Of a stretch of 64,000 nt of DNA, positions 55,193 through 64,000 are shown one piece after another (position 1 is the stretch's first letter; every line of letters begins with the position of its first letter). Under the pieces are notes generated by a model that had not been told where the DNA came from, searched no databases, and worked only from the letters and a program-made list of their open reading frames with translations. The position numbers and the translations under genes were made by a program. The stretch covers positions 62,001 through 126,000 of the IMG/VR virus record IMGVR_UViG_3300028840_006257; one strand, given 5' to 3'.

Positions 55193-58100
55193 ATGGTAGC
55201 CACTCCAAAAGTCATCGGCCCCGACGGCGTGGCGCGCGAGACCACCATTTTCTCGACCACCATGTCCTCCAGGTTTTTCCAGGGGACCATCGACTCCGAC
55301 ACGGTGGACATGCAGATCTCGGTTCGCGGAGGCGCCTTCACCTCCGATCCCGACCTCATTGTGTTCGAGGGTGATACTTTCGCGTTTCCCAACACGACGG
55401 TGTTCCCCGAGGGCCTCGAGCTGGTGGCGGGGCTCAACGTGATCGAGGTGCGCTCCATCTCGTTCTCCGGGGCCGTCTCGGCGTCCGCCGTCGTCCAGGT
55501 CACCCTCGTCCAGGAGGCGGATGTCGGCCTGATCGGCACGACGCCGACCGACATCAGTATCGAGCAGCGCGAGGACGAGGTCGAGATCCGCATCGAGGGC
55601 GTCTCGGACGCCACCTTTCGTGGCTGCAACTTCTACGCCTCCCGCTTCGAGGGAGGCGGCGCCACGGGTTTCCAGCGTATCAACGTCAACACGATCACGG
55701 ACTCGGAGACGGTGTTTGAGACGAGCACCCTGGCGACCATCGAGTCGGACAACGCGGTCGCCACGAATCCTGATGGTACCCCCGCGGCCGATCCCCTCTA
55801 CGTGAAGACGAGGCAGACTCAGACGAGCAGCCCGGACGTCATCGAGGACCTCGAGGACATCACGCTGACCCCGGAGCTCGCCGCCGCAATCACGGAGCAG
55901 GAGCAGGAGAACCTCCTCAAGACCGACTTCGTCGAGGTCACGGAGGTCCCCGAGACCGCCACGGTTCTCCGGACGACCGTCACGGTCGACTTGGTCGTCG
56001 AGCGTTCGTTCTACACCTTCCGGCATAACCGGCAGTTCGGTCCCTCGAACGATCCGCCGACGATTCCGGTCGGCGAGTTCGCTAGCGCGCCAATCACGGA
56101 GTCCCTGTACTACGTCGCGACAGCCGTGTTCTTCGACTCTGATCGGCAGGTCGAGATCGAGTCCCCCTTCTCGGCCGAGGTCGTCGGCAAGCCGGTCCTG
56201 ATCGAGCAGAACGTGGGCACCTTCCCGGCTCCGGCTCGTCTTCAGATCGTAGAGGACACGATCTCCTCGCTCTCCCGGACCACCCCGCAGCTCGCGGTCC
56301 AACCCGGGGCCGTCATCCGGGACACTTTCGTGGATCCGTTCTCGAACGAGGTGACGCGGCTTCGGCTGCTCGTCGACTTCATGTACCGGGTCCAGTCGTT
56401 CGACACGCTGCTCCAGGTCGACGGGATCGAGCCCGACGGAACCTCCACCCCGGTCCTGCGTTCCCCGTACAAGCAGGCCCTTGCCCGCGTGTTCGAGATC
56501 AGCAATCCGAACGACGTCCAGACTATCGTGGACACCGCGTTCGAGCAGCTCGCCTCGCGCGACAACGTGTTCCGCAGCGCCGGCATCCGGGCGCGCGGCT
56601 TCGTCACGTTCTTCACGCGCACGACGCCGACCTCGACCATCTACATCCCGCTCGGAACCCGCGTCGCCAGCGGCACCGTGCAGTTCGTCACGACGACGGA
56701 CGCCTCGATTCCCATCAGCAACGTGGGGGCGTTCTTCAACCCGACGACCGGGCTCTACCAGATCGACGTACCCGTCGAGGCCGAGCAGCCGGGTGCGGCG
56801 AGCATCCTCGGGGCGGGCCAGATTCGCACCATAGTGAGCGCCCTGCCGGGCCTCTCGGTCACGAACCAGAACGCGACGTTCGGCGGCACGGATCAGGAGA
56901 CGAACCTCCGGCTGTCCGTCAGGGCGCGCAATGCCCTGGCCTCCGTGGACAGCGGCACGGAGCGCGGAATTCTCCAGACGGCGGCCGACGTGGCCGGCGT
57001 CCAGGACGTGCGCGTGGTGGCGGGCGGCGACTCGCTCATGCAGCGAGACTTCGATACCGACTACGACAAGCACACTGGAGGGAAGGTGGACGTGTGGGCG
57101 CGTGGGGAGTCTCTCGGCACCGTCACGGACACCTTCGCCTTCTCGTTCGAGGTGGCGAACGACGTCCAGTTCCAGATCATCGGCAACCCGCTGAGCTACA
57201 CGTTCCGTGCCCTCGACCCGAACCTCTCCGAGAGCAACCCCATCGCGGAGATGCTCGACGACGAGACGCTGGGCCTGGGACTGCGCAACGCGTCGAGCGG
57301 GATCTTCTTCGACCTCACCGACGTGCAGGTCGTCGACTACCGGACGGTCCAGCTTTCGACGGACGTAGTCCAGCCGACGGTCACCTTCGGGGATATCGTC
57401 CTGGGGGACTACAGGTACGTCACCTCCACGAGGTTTGTCTTCACACGCCAGCCCGTGGACTCCGTCGTCAGCGTGACCGGAGAGATCTCCGGGGAGCTCC
57501 CCGAGGACAACTACAGCTTCGTGCGTCCCGACGATCCGCTCCTCGACGGGCGCTCCACGAGGGCGCAGGCGTACCTCGACATCGTGCAGGTCGACGGGAT
57601 CCCAAGCGGAGAGTTGGTGTCCGTGACGAGCGAGCAGCACATCCTGCTCGGCCAGTACAACGAGTTTTTGCACAGTCTCGGCGCCAACCCCCTGACCGTG
57701 CAGGTGTTCAACTCGACCGGGACCGTCCAGTTCAAGGGACCTGAGGACCCGAGCGGCCAACCCGACTACGTGATCGTGCCCGGATCGCAGACGGTGGCTC
57801 TGGCCATCCGAAGGACCTTGAACAGCCAGATCAGGAGCGGCGAGACGGTCCTCGTCGACTACGAGCACGCCGAGAACTTCACGGTCGAGTACCAGTCGAA
57901 CTTCGTGATCCCCACCGTCCAGGACGCCCTGGACGCCCGCAAGCACGCGACCGCGGACGAGCTCGCGAAGGCCTCGATCCCGGTTCCGGTCGACCTCACG
58001 GCGACGATAGTCACGCGATCTGGCTCCCGCGTCTCCACGGTAGACAGCAACGTGAGGACCAACCTGACGGCCTTCCTGCGCGCCGTGCCGCAGGGCGGCG

Positions 58101-58741
58101 CCGTCCGGGAGTCGGACATCATCGCAGTGATTGACAACACGCGAGGCGTCTCCTTCGTGGAGAACCCGCTGACGAAACAGGCGCGTTCCGAGGGGGCGCT
58201 CGTCGTGCGCGAGAGCGTCCCGTCCACAACCGGCGAGGTGGAGATGCTCCTCGGCACGAGCGACGTGCCCTACTCGACCACCACCGTCAAGACGTGGCTG
58301 CTCGAGAATGAACTCGAGAATCCCACGTCGCAGGGAGGCGGCGACGGCACGCAGTTCGCGGGCGTCTTCAAGGACGACGTCCTTATGTCGCTGCTCACCT
58401 CTAACCCTACGGCCCTCAAGAACAGGGCCGACCAGGCGTTCCTCATCGGGAACGACGGACTCGTGATCCCGGGTTTCAGCGACGACGCCACGATCCAGGC
58501 AAACTACCCGGCCGCCAACACGCCCGAGGAGATCGAGGACGTACGTCAGCAGATCACGGGAAACCGCGTGCTGGTCTCGCTCGCGGCCGACGACCGGCCG
58601 CAGCTCCACTCGTTCACGGCGACCTACGCCGTGGCGTTCGTGGAGACCCGCGTGCAGGACCTCGAGGCGAGCAGCCTTGAGTTCTTCTCCGTGGGCAACT
58701 TCATTTTCACCTTCGCGGAGGACGTGCGCGATGTCGTGTAA
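55193..58741 (+). CDS. Baseplate J-like (gp6) wedge protein with extra domains
   Basis: GIRARGFVTF...IPLGTRVASG...VPVEAEQPG...GAGQI...VTNQNATFGGTDQETNLRLSVRA baseplate-J motifs; 1182 aa. Confidence 0.85.
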   Translation: MVATPKVIGPDGVARETTIFSTTMSSRFFQGTIDSDTVDMQISVRGGAFTSDPDLIVFEGDTFAFPNTTVFPEGLELVAGLNVIEVRSISFSGAVSASAVVQVTLVQEADVGLIGTTPTDISIEQREDEVEIRIEGVSDATFRGCNFYASRFEGGGATGFQRINVNTITDSETVFETSTLATIESDNAVATNPDGTPAADPLYVKTRQTQTSSPDVIEDLEDITLTPELAAAITEQEQENLLKTDFVEVTEVPETATVLRTTVTVDLVVERSFYTFRHNRQFGPSNDPPTIPVGEFASAPITESLYYVATAVFFDSDRQVEIESPFSAEVVGKPVLIEQNVGTFPAPARLQIVEDTISSLSRTTPQLAVQPGAVIRDTFVDPFSNEVTRLRLLVDFMYRVQSFDTLLQVDGIEPDGTSTPVLRSPYKQALARVFEISNPNDVQTIVDTAFEQLASRDNVFRSAGIRARGFVTFFTRTTPTSTIYIPLGTRVASGTVQFVTTTDASIPISNVGAFFNPTTGLYQIDVPVEAEQPGAASILGAGQIRTIVSALPGLSVTNQNATFGGTDQETNLRLSVRARNALASVDSGTERGILQTAADVAGVQDVRVVAGGDSLMQRDFDTDYDKHTGGKVDVWARGESLGTVTDTFAFSFEVANDVQFQIIGNPLSYTFRALDPNLSESNPIAEMLDDETLGLGLRNASSGIFFDLTDVQVVDYRTVQLSTDVVQPTVTFGDIVLGDYRYVTSTRFVFTRQPVDSVVSVTGEISGELPEDNYSFVRPDDPLLDGRSTRAQAYLDIVQVDGIPSGELVSVTSEQHILLGQYNEFLHSLGANPLTVQVFNSTGTVQFKGPEDPSGQPDYVIVPGSQTVALAIRRTLNSQIRSGETVLVDYEHAENFTVEYQSNFVIPTVQDALDARKHATADELAKASIPVPVDLTATIVTRSGSRVSTVDSNVRTNLTAFLRAVPQGGAVRESDIIAVIDNTRGVSFVENPLTKQARSEGALVVRESVPSTTGEVEMLLGTSDVPYSTTTVKTWLLENELENPTSQGGGDGTQFAGVFKDDVLMSLLTSNPTALKNRADQAFLIGNDGLVIPGFSDDATIQANYPAANTPEEIEDVRQQITGNRVLVSLAADDRPQLHSFTATYAVAFVETRVQDLEASSLEFFSVGNFIFTFAEDVRDVV

Positions 58742-60164
58742 AGACGACCCTCTCGTCTTCCCGAAAGACCCGTACCTCCCGTTCACTCGGGACCAGAACC
58801 CGGCCCCGGTTTCCCAGACGGGACAGCAGGCCATCAGGACCCTCCGCGACATCGTGGACTCCATCCTGCGGACTTTCCAGCAGGTGCTCCCCTCGAACTA
58901 CGTCGCGGAGATCCCCGGTCCGTACTACGTCCTCCAGTTCCAAGCGGCCGCGGAGGAGCTCGCCAAGATCCAGCTCGCTCTTGAGGAGATCGGCCTCGAG
59001 TCGGACGTGGACTTCGCCCGGCCCGAGTACCTCTGGCAGATGATCGGGACCCTGGTGTTCCCGGACACCACGAAGGCGCCGGTGGGCATCCCCGAGGTGG
59101 ACGGCGACCTCACCTACCGGGAGTTCCTGCGTCGGATGATCCTCCTGCTCCTCCAGGGGGCGACGCTCAAGGTGCAGGAGCAGGGGCTGGAGCTGCTTAC
59201 CCAGGCCGTGATCGACGTCATCGCGAAGGTGGACTGGAGCGACCGGGAGATCTCGGCGTGGGGCTTCGGCGAGCAGCACGAGTTCGAGATCAACGTCCTG
59301 TGTCGGACGATCTTCACGGACCCGACGACCGGGGAACTCATCGAGGGCGCGCTGGGCACCGGCTTCCCGCCCGATCCCTTCGTCGCGCTGCGGAACAACC
59401 TGCGCATCTTGAGGGCCCTCAAGCCGGGCAAGGCTCTCTTCGAGTACCGGCACCTCTTCCTCGACGCCTTCGGGGACCTGTTCACGGCCGAACCTTTCAT
59501 CCAGCTTGACCCCTGGTACTACGAGGACTTCCGCAAGTTCTGCTGCGGCATGAAGGAGGTCTCGGGAGACGAGGGGGAGACCCTCGCCTCTCGCATGCTG
59601 TTCTCCGACGTGACCCGCGACTTCAGCTCCGTCTGTTCGGGCGCGAACCTCGAGGTCCTCGACGGCCCGAACAGCAAGCCGACCAGCGGGGGCGACGACT
59701 TCGCGACGCTCGGGTTCTACCGGGTCGTGGGGGTCCGGCGCCTGATCACCGAGCTCGAGACGGACGAGGACGGCGAGGTCGTCCCCGACATCCAGGAGTA
59801 CACGACGAGCCCGACCGGGCTCTCGGGCACGCTCGCGATCCTGAACGACGACGGCGATCTTGAAGATACGAACCAGGATTTTTCCGATGCCGTCGAGGGC
59901 GAGGTTCTCACGATCCTCGGAGGGACGAACGCTGGCGATTACCGGCTTGGCACCCTTTTGGGAAACTCGGGAGGGCCGGTCGGGAAGGTGCCTCCCGGCT
60001 CTGGAGTCACGCGAGTGCGTGTCGCGCCTAGCATTCTCCAGATCCTCACTCGGATGCCTCGACAGGCCACAGGACAGGCCTACCGAGTCTCCATCGAACG
60101 ACTCGGAACACGCACGCCCTTCACCGTCCTGGGGGAGGACGCGTCCGCTCAGTTCTACATCTAG
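58731..60164 (+). CDS. Baseplate wedge protein (gpI/gp7-like)
   Basis: ARPEYLWQMIG...YREFLRRMILLLLQGAT...RALKPG pattern; ATG 58731 overlaps the baseplate-J end; 477 aa. Confidence 0.6.
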   Translation: MSCKDDPLVFPKDPYLPFTRDQNPAPVSQTGQQAIRTLRDIVDSILRTFQQVLPSNYVAEIPGPYYVLQFQAAAEELAKIQLALEEIGLESDVDFARPEYLWQMIGTLVFPDTTKAPVGIPEVDGDLTYREFLRRMILLLLQGATLKVQEQGLELLTQAVIDVIAKVDWSDREISAWGFGEQHEFEINVLCRTIFTDPTTGELIEGALGTGFPPDPFVALRNNLRILRALKPGKALFEYRHLFLDAFGDLFTAEPFIQLDPWYYEDFRKFCCGMKEVSGDEGETLASRMLFSDVTRDFSSVCSGANLEVLDGPNSKPTSGGDDFATLGFYRVVGVRRLITELETDEDGEVVPDIQEYTTSPTGLSGTLAILNDDGDLEDTNQDFSDAVEGEVLTILGGTNAGDYRLGTLLGNSGGPVGKVPPGSGVTRVRVAPSILQILTRMPRQATGQAYRVSIERLGTRTPFTVLGEDASAQFYI

Positions 60165-60177
60165 CTCGGTGGCGGGC

Positions 60178-60198
60178 CTATAAGGGCATCAAGGATAG
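60178..60198 (+). promoter_or_regulatory. Dyad motif CTAT-N13-ATAG, copy 5
   Basis: CCTAT AAGGGCATCAAGG ATAG between stop 60164 and ATG 60229. Confidence 0.55.
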
Positions 60199-60228
60199 AA
60201 CCGTGGAAATCCGGGCCGAGGAATCGTC

Positions 60229-62574
60229 ATGACCGCACTGATCCAGAGCCAAGTGATCGCTCCCACGCCGAAGCCTCCGGTGGTGGGGGCGAGCCGCGAC
60301 GACCTCCGTGCCGGGGACGTCGTGCAGCTGGACCACGTGGGCCCCCCGGCCTCGACGTACGCCTGGTCGATCGCGTTCGCGCCACAGGACCGGAATCGAA
60401 ACCCCTCCGCCGCCGTCCTGGTCGGAAACGTCCTGGGCCCGGGCCCCGTGACCTTCACGGTCGACAACGAGGGCCCCTACCTCATCCGTCTCGTCACCGA
60501 TGCTGGCCTCCCGAGTTTCGACGAGCAGTACGTCCGTCTCAGGTACGACACGTTCTTCGCCGACCTCAAGCTGGTCGCCGCGGGCGAGCGCCGGGACGGC
60601 ACGGGAATCATCCCCGTGGATGTGGATGCCGAGGGGTGGGCGAACGACCAGAACTTCAACCTGAACCAGCTCCTCTGGCTCGTCCAGCACGTCAGCGCGA
60701 GCGGTCGCATCATCTACGTCGACGCCAACCGCGGCAAGGACAACCTCCACGCGCAGAACGATCCCGCGGTGGCCGAGGGCTTCGCCGACTTCTACTCGAT
60801 CAACTCCGCCATCCTGGCGGCCGAGACCGACGCGAACTACAACGGAGGCATCCCGCCGAGCGCGACGCAGCCCATGATCGTCGCGGTGCGTCCGGGCCTG
60901 TATCAGGAGGACCTCCTGTGGAAGCCGTACGTGCACGTCATCGGCTGGCCGAGTACGGGCGGGGGCCGGGGCGAGCATCCCGACTACGACAGGTCGGTGA
61001 CCGTCCGCTGTGCCAACTCGGGCGGCCCTCCGGCCGGGACGCACACTGCGAACCTCCCGAACCTCGGGGAGTATTGCTACGTCGCCAACCTCGTCTTCGA
61101 GAACACGGGCGCCACGACGAACGGCTTGGTCCGAAAGGTCGGTGAGGGCGACGTCTACTTCTTGAACTGCGAGCTCCTTCAGAGCGGCGGCGGGGCACCG
61201 AACCAGGGTCCCGGCATCGCACCCGAGCGTGGCCGCGTGTTCATGCACGACTGCCGGACGATCCAGGAGGACACCTTCAGCGGAACATCGCTGGCCTTCC
61301 AGGTCCAGTCCCCCGCGGCCCAGAGCGCGCAGCTCATCGCCCGCGAGTCGGCCTTCATCGGTCCCAGCATCGGTACCGTGGATCAGAACCTGGTCGGCAA
61401 CAACACCGCCGTCCTCTCGAGGTGCTCGCTCCAGCAGACGGGCATCGACCCGACCTCGTTCGCGATCCGCACTTGGGGCGAGAACCTCATCGTCGAGGAG
61501 AGCGAGCTGACCGTCGAGCTCGGCGCCATCACCGACGGTATCGAGGCGAACCCGGACGCGACCGGGGCGGCCACCGATCTGGTCGTCTGCGTGCGCCGGT
61601 CCCTCCTGGGAGACGAGAGCAACGTCCCCGCCTCCTACCTCGGGATCTCGATGAACCAGACGAACGTGCCGGGCAACGCCGAGCTGAGGCTCGGTTCGTC
61701 CGAGTACGGACCGATCACCACGGTGGGGGCCGTCACCCGGACGGCCCTGACCATCGGTACGTCGCTGTACTACGACAACACGATCTCGGGCCTCGTCTCC
61801 GAGAACGTGCAGGACGCCATCGACGAGATCGCGGGCGGCGGCGGGGGCGGCGCGGCGCCGAGCAACGCGGAGTTCGTCACGTACGCGGTCGCGGCAGGGC
61901 TCACGAACGAGCGCGTCCTGAGCGCGGGCAGCGGCACGGCCGTGAACCTGGCCGTCCCGAACGCCGTTTCCGTGGACCTCACGAACACCGGCATCGCCCC
62001 GGGAACGTACACGAACGCGACGGTGGTCGTCGACGCCCAGGGACGCCTCGGTCCCGGCACCGCCTCGGGAATCGTCGAGCAGACGTACTCGCGGCAGATG
62101 TTCATCCCGACGCAGGCGATCCCGGTGCCTCCTCTCGTCGTGCAGGAGTTCGACGTCATCTACGTGACGAGCGCGGCTGGCTTCCTCGCGCCGGCGAATC
62201 CGGGAGTGCAGCCCGCCGGTCCGGGTCCGGGTCCGCTCCAGTTCTACTTCAACGTGGGAGGTCCCTTCGCGCCAGACACGTGGCTTCAGGTCTACTACGG
62301 ACCCGCGGGAGCACTCGTCCCGATCCTCGATCCGGGCGCGACGGGCCCGCAGGGAGTCTACGCCGCCACGGGACTGGACTTGGGCACGCTGCCCGGAATT
62401 CCGATTCCGCCCGGCGTCCCGACCGGACCCGGTCTCTCGATGCCCCTCGCCACGATCCTGCCCGTCTCGGTGCCTCCGCTGACGGCGGCGATCCTCCTCA
62501 TCGAGGTTACCTATCCGGCCCAGGCGGCGGCCGGAACGGATGGCCTCACCGTCTCCCTCACGGGTACGGTGTAA
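60229..62574 (+). CDS. Tail fibre/spike-like protein: Ig/PKD-like N-terminus, right-handed beta-helix, fibre linker
   Basis: IIYVDANRG...SINSAILAA...VRPGLYQED beta-helix entry motif; ENVQDAIDEI fibre linker; 781 aa. Confidence 0.6.
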   Translation: MTALIQSQVIAPTPKPPVVGASRDDLRAGDVVQLDHVGPPASTYAWSIAFAPQDRNRNPSAAVLVGNVLGPGPVTFTVDNEGPYLIRLVTDAGLPSFDEQYVRLRYDTFFADLKLVAAGERRDGTGIIPVDVDAEGWANDQNFNLNQLLWLVQHVSASGRIIYVDANRGKDNLHAQNDPAVAEGFADFYSINSAILAAETDANYNGGIPPSATQPMIVAVRPGLYQEDLLWKPYVHVIGWPSTGGGRGEHPDYDRSVTVRCANSGGPPAGTHTANLPNLGEYCYVANLVFENTGATTNGLVRKVGEGDVYFLNCELLQSGGGAPNQGPGIAPERGRVFMHDCRTIQEDTFSGTSLAFQVQSPAAQSAQLIARESAFIGPSIGTVDQNLVGNNTAVLSRCSLQQTGIDPTSFAIRTWGENLIVEESELTVELGAITDGIEANPDATGAATDLVVCVRRSLLGDESNVPASYLGISMNQTNVPGNAELRLGSSEYGPITTVGAVTRTALTIGTSLYYDNTISGLVSENVQDAIDEIAGGGGGGAAPSNAEFVTYAVAAGLTNERVLSAGSGTAVNLAVPNAVSVDLTNTGIAPGTYTNATVVVDAQGRLGPGTASGIVEQTYSRQMFIPTQAIPVPPLVVQEFDVIYVTSAAGFLAPANPGVQPAGPGPGPLQFYFNVGGPFAPDTWLQVYYGPAGALVPILDPGATGPQGVYAATGLDLGTLPGIPIPPGVPTGPGLSMPLATILPVSVPPLTAAILLIEVTYPAQAAAGTDGLTVSLTGTV

Positions 62575-62599
62575 CCGGATCGACTTTGTGCTGTGCTAG

Positions 62600-64000
62600 A
62601 TGAGCGTCCTCGGATACGGACTTGAGCCCTTCGGCATGGGCCCCTACGGGGGGCTCGGCGGGGTCATGCTTCCGGCCATGGTGCCTCCTCTAGGAGGCTA
62701 CGGAGGCTACGCCTACGGGACGAGCTCGTACGGGTCGCTCGGCAGCTTCGGATCGCCTGCCATCGGGACCACGAGCGGCTTCGGCGGCTGCGGCTACGGG
62801 ATCAACTCCTACGGCTGCATCGGCATGCTCACGATGCCGCCCATGGTCATCTCGGCCGTGTCGATCACGGGGTTCATCATCGAGGTGTTCTTCTCGAACG
62901 AGATGTCGCCCGACGCCGACCTGTTCGACCCGGCAAGCTACACTCTGACCGACCTGGCCGGGGCGGCTCCGGCGACGGTCCTGAGCGTGCAGTCGGGCGT
63001 CCCCGGCGTGTGGGGACCTACCTCGGTGCTCCTGCACCACACGGGGACGACGCTGGGCGGCCTCTATCGCGTGACCGTGGTCGGCCCGCGCGACGTCTCC
63101 GGAGTTGAAATCGCCGCGTACGCGCCGCTCAACGAGGCCGACTGCCTCTGCAAGGGGGAGCCGCCGCCCTTCACGATCACGCCCACCTCGGGTACGGACC
63201 TGCTCTACGAGTTCGAGCAGGACATGCTGCCCGAGAGCGGGTTCACCCCCGGGATCCTCCAGACCGACGCCTACGACTACGAGACCGACTATCCCCAGAA
63301 CCTGATCCCGGTCGCCGTGGACCATCCGTTCGGCGGGAACCCGAAGCACGTGGAGGTGGAGGTCGTCGGGATGACGGCCGCCGAGTACCTCGGGATCGTG
63401 AGCTCCGCGACGGCCATCGACTACGACGGGACCTACCTGCCCGACGACCCCCAGGCGGACTTCACGGGGCAGCAGGTCGGCACCGGCACGACCACCCAGG
63501 GCACAGACGAGGTGCTGCTCTCGAGCGCGGTGGGGTTCTCCTACGGCTGGCGGTTCCTCGACACGTCGGGGCGCGTGCTGCCGAACTCGAGCTACCGCGT
63601 GGACGTCACCTTCGACGCGTCGGCCGCCGTCCTCCTCGATCCGGCCCCCGGGGTCGACCCGGTCGTGCTCGTGCTGATCAACGACGGCGCCGTGCAGGTC
63701 GAGCTGTCGTTCAAGCGCGTGGTGGGGGTGGATACCCTCGAGGTCGCCTCGGGCGCGTTCGTGGCCTCGTCGAGCATCGGCTGGACGGCCCAGGAGACAA
63801 CCGTCTCGCTCGCGCGTAACCAGAAGGCGGACACCTATACGGTGGTCGTCAACGGGGAACCCATCGTGGCGGGCCCCACCGCGAGCTTCACGGCGCCCCC
63901 GGGATTCCCCGCCGGCGTCCAGTTCATGGTCGATCCGAACGGGACGTACGAGGTCGTCGACCTCCCGCTCAAGGCGCTCCTGTTCACGGCGACCCAGACC
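62600..64000 (+). CDS. Partial virion protein with Gly/Tyr-rich N-terminus and Ig-like domains (runs off the window)
   Basis: Translated by hand from ATG 62600 (MSVLGYGLEPFGMGPYGG...YGTSSYG...YGINSYG...EVFFSNEM...DPASYTLT); no stop codon seen before 64000. Confidence 0.75.
   Translation, partial: MSVLGYGLEPFGMGPYGGLGGVMLPAMVPPLGGYGGYAYGTSSYGSLGSFGSPAIGTTSGFGGCGYGINSYGCIGMLTMPPMVISAVSITGFIIEVFFSNEMSPDADLFDPASYTLTDLAGAAPATVLSVQSGVPGVWGPTSVLLHHTGTTLGGLYRVTVVGPRDVSGVEIAAYAPLNEADCLCKGEPPPFTITPTSGTDLLYEFEQDMLPESGFTPGILQTDAYDYETDYPQNLIPVAVDHPFGGNPKHVEVEVVGMTAAEYLGIVSSATAIDYDGTYLPDDPQADFTGQQVGTGTTTQGTDEVLLSSAVGFSYGWRFLDTSGRVLPNSSYRVDVTFDASAAVLLDPAPGVDPVVLVLINDGAVQVELSFKRVVGVDTLEVASGAFVASSSIGWTAQETTVSLARNQKADTYTVVVNGEPIVAGPTASFTAPPGFPAGVQFMVDPNGTYEVVDLPLKALLFTATQT

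Noticed and set aside
10517-60164. Bacterial eCIS/T6SS/R-pyocin locus instead of a phage
   Set aside because: Neck-like genes, a spanin-like pair, an intein, a homing-endonuclease-like gene, speD and giant gene sizes fit a jumbo phage better, and no membrane-complex or AAA-ATPase genes are seen. It cannot be fully excluded because head genes lie outside the window.
1-64000. Genome-wide TAG reassignment (alternative genetic code)
   Set aside because: Long genes contain no internal TAG, and TAG ends genes at sensible protein boundaries followed by start codons. Only partial read-through remains plausible.
1-64000. CRISPR arrays, tRNA, rRNA, IS elements
   Set aside because: No regularly spaced direct repeats, cloverleaf-like segments, transposase motifs or terminal inverted repeats were seen; there is almost no non-coding space.

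Overview
This 64 kb, GC-rich window (about two-thirds GC by eye) has all credible genes on the + strand. It reads as the neck-tail-baseplate morphogenesis region of a very large contractile-tailed (jumbo myo-type) phage; head, portal and terminase genes are not in the window, so the assignment is from gene order and motifs only. Gene order: candidate spanin pair; neck-like protein with a 399-aa LAGLIDADG intein; actin-fold ATPase; PAPS-reductase-family enzyme; tail-terminator-like gene; 2482-aa tail sheath; Zn-finger/Vsr-like nuclease/DNA-methyltransferase fusion; speD; tail tube; two chaperone-like genes; tape measure; tube-initiator-like genes; hub with an internal M15 peptidase; spike; a 3673-aa giant protein; gp25-like, baseplate-J-like and wedge genes; and fibre-like genes. 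The most notable observations are five. (1) The sheath carries seven homologous beta-rich domains that appear nested inside one another (7 N-halves then 7 C-halves). (2) A ~125-nt non-coding element with a compensatory hairpin change occurs twice, before the sheath gene and before the chaperone/tape-measure genes. (3) An intergenic dyad motif CTAT-N12/13-RTAG recurs five times. (4) A homing-endonuclease-like/methyltransferase fusion lies next to an apparently recoded sheath 3' end. (5) Many TAG-ended genes are followed in frame by the next gene. All functional calls are from motif recognition; no database searches were run.
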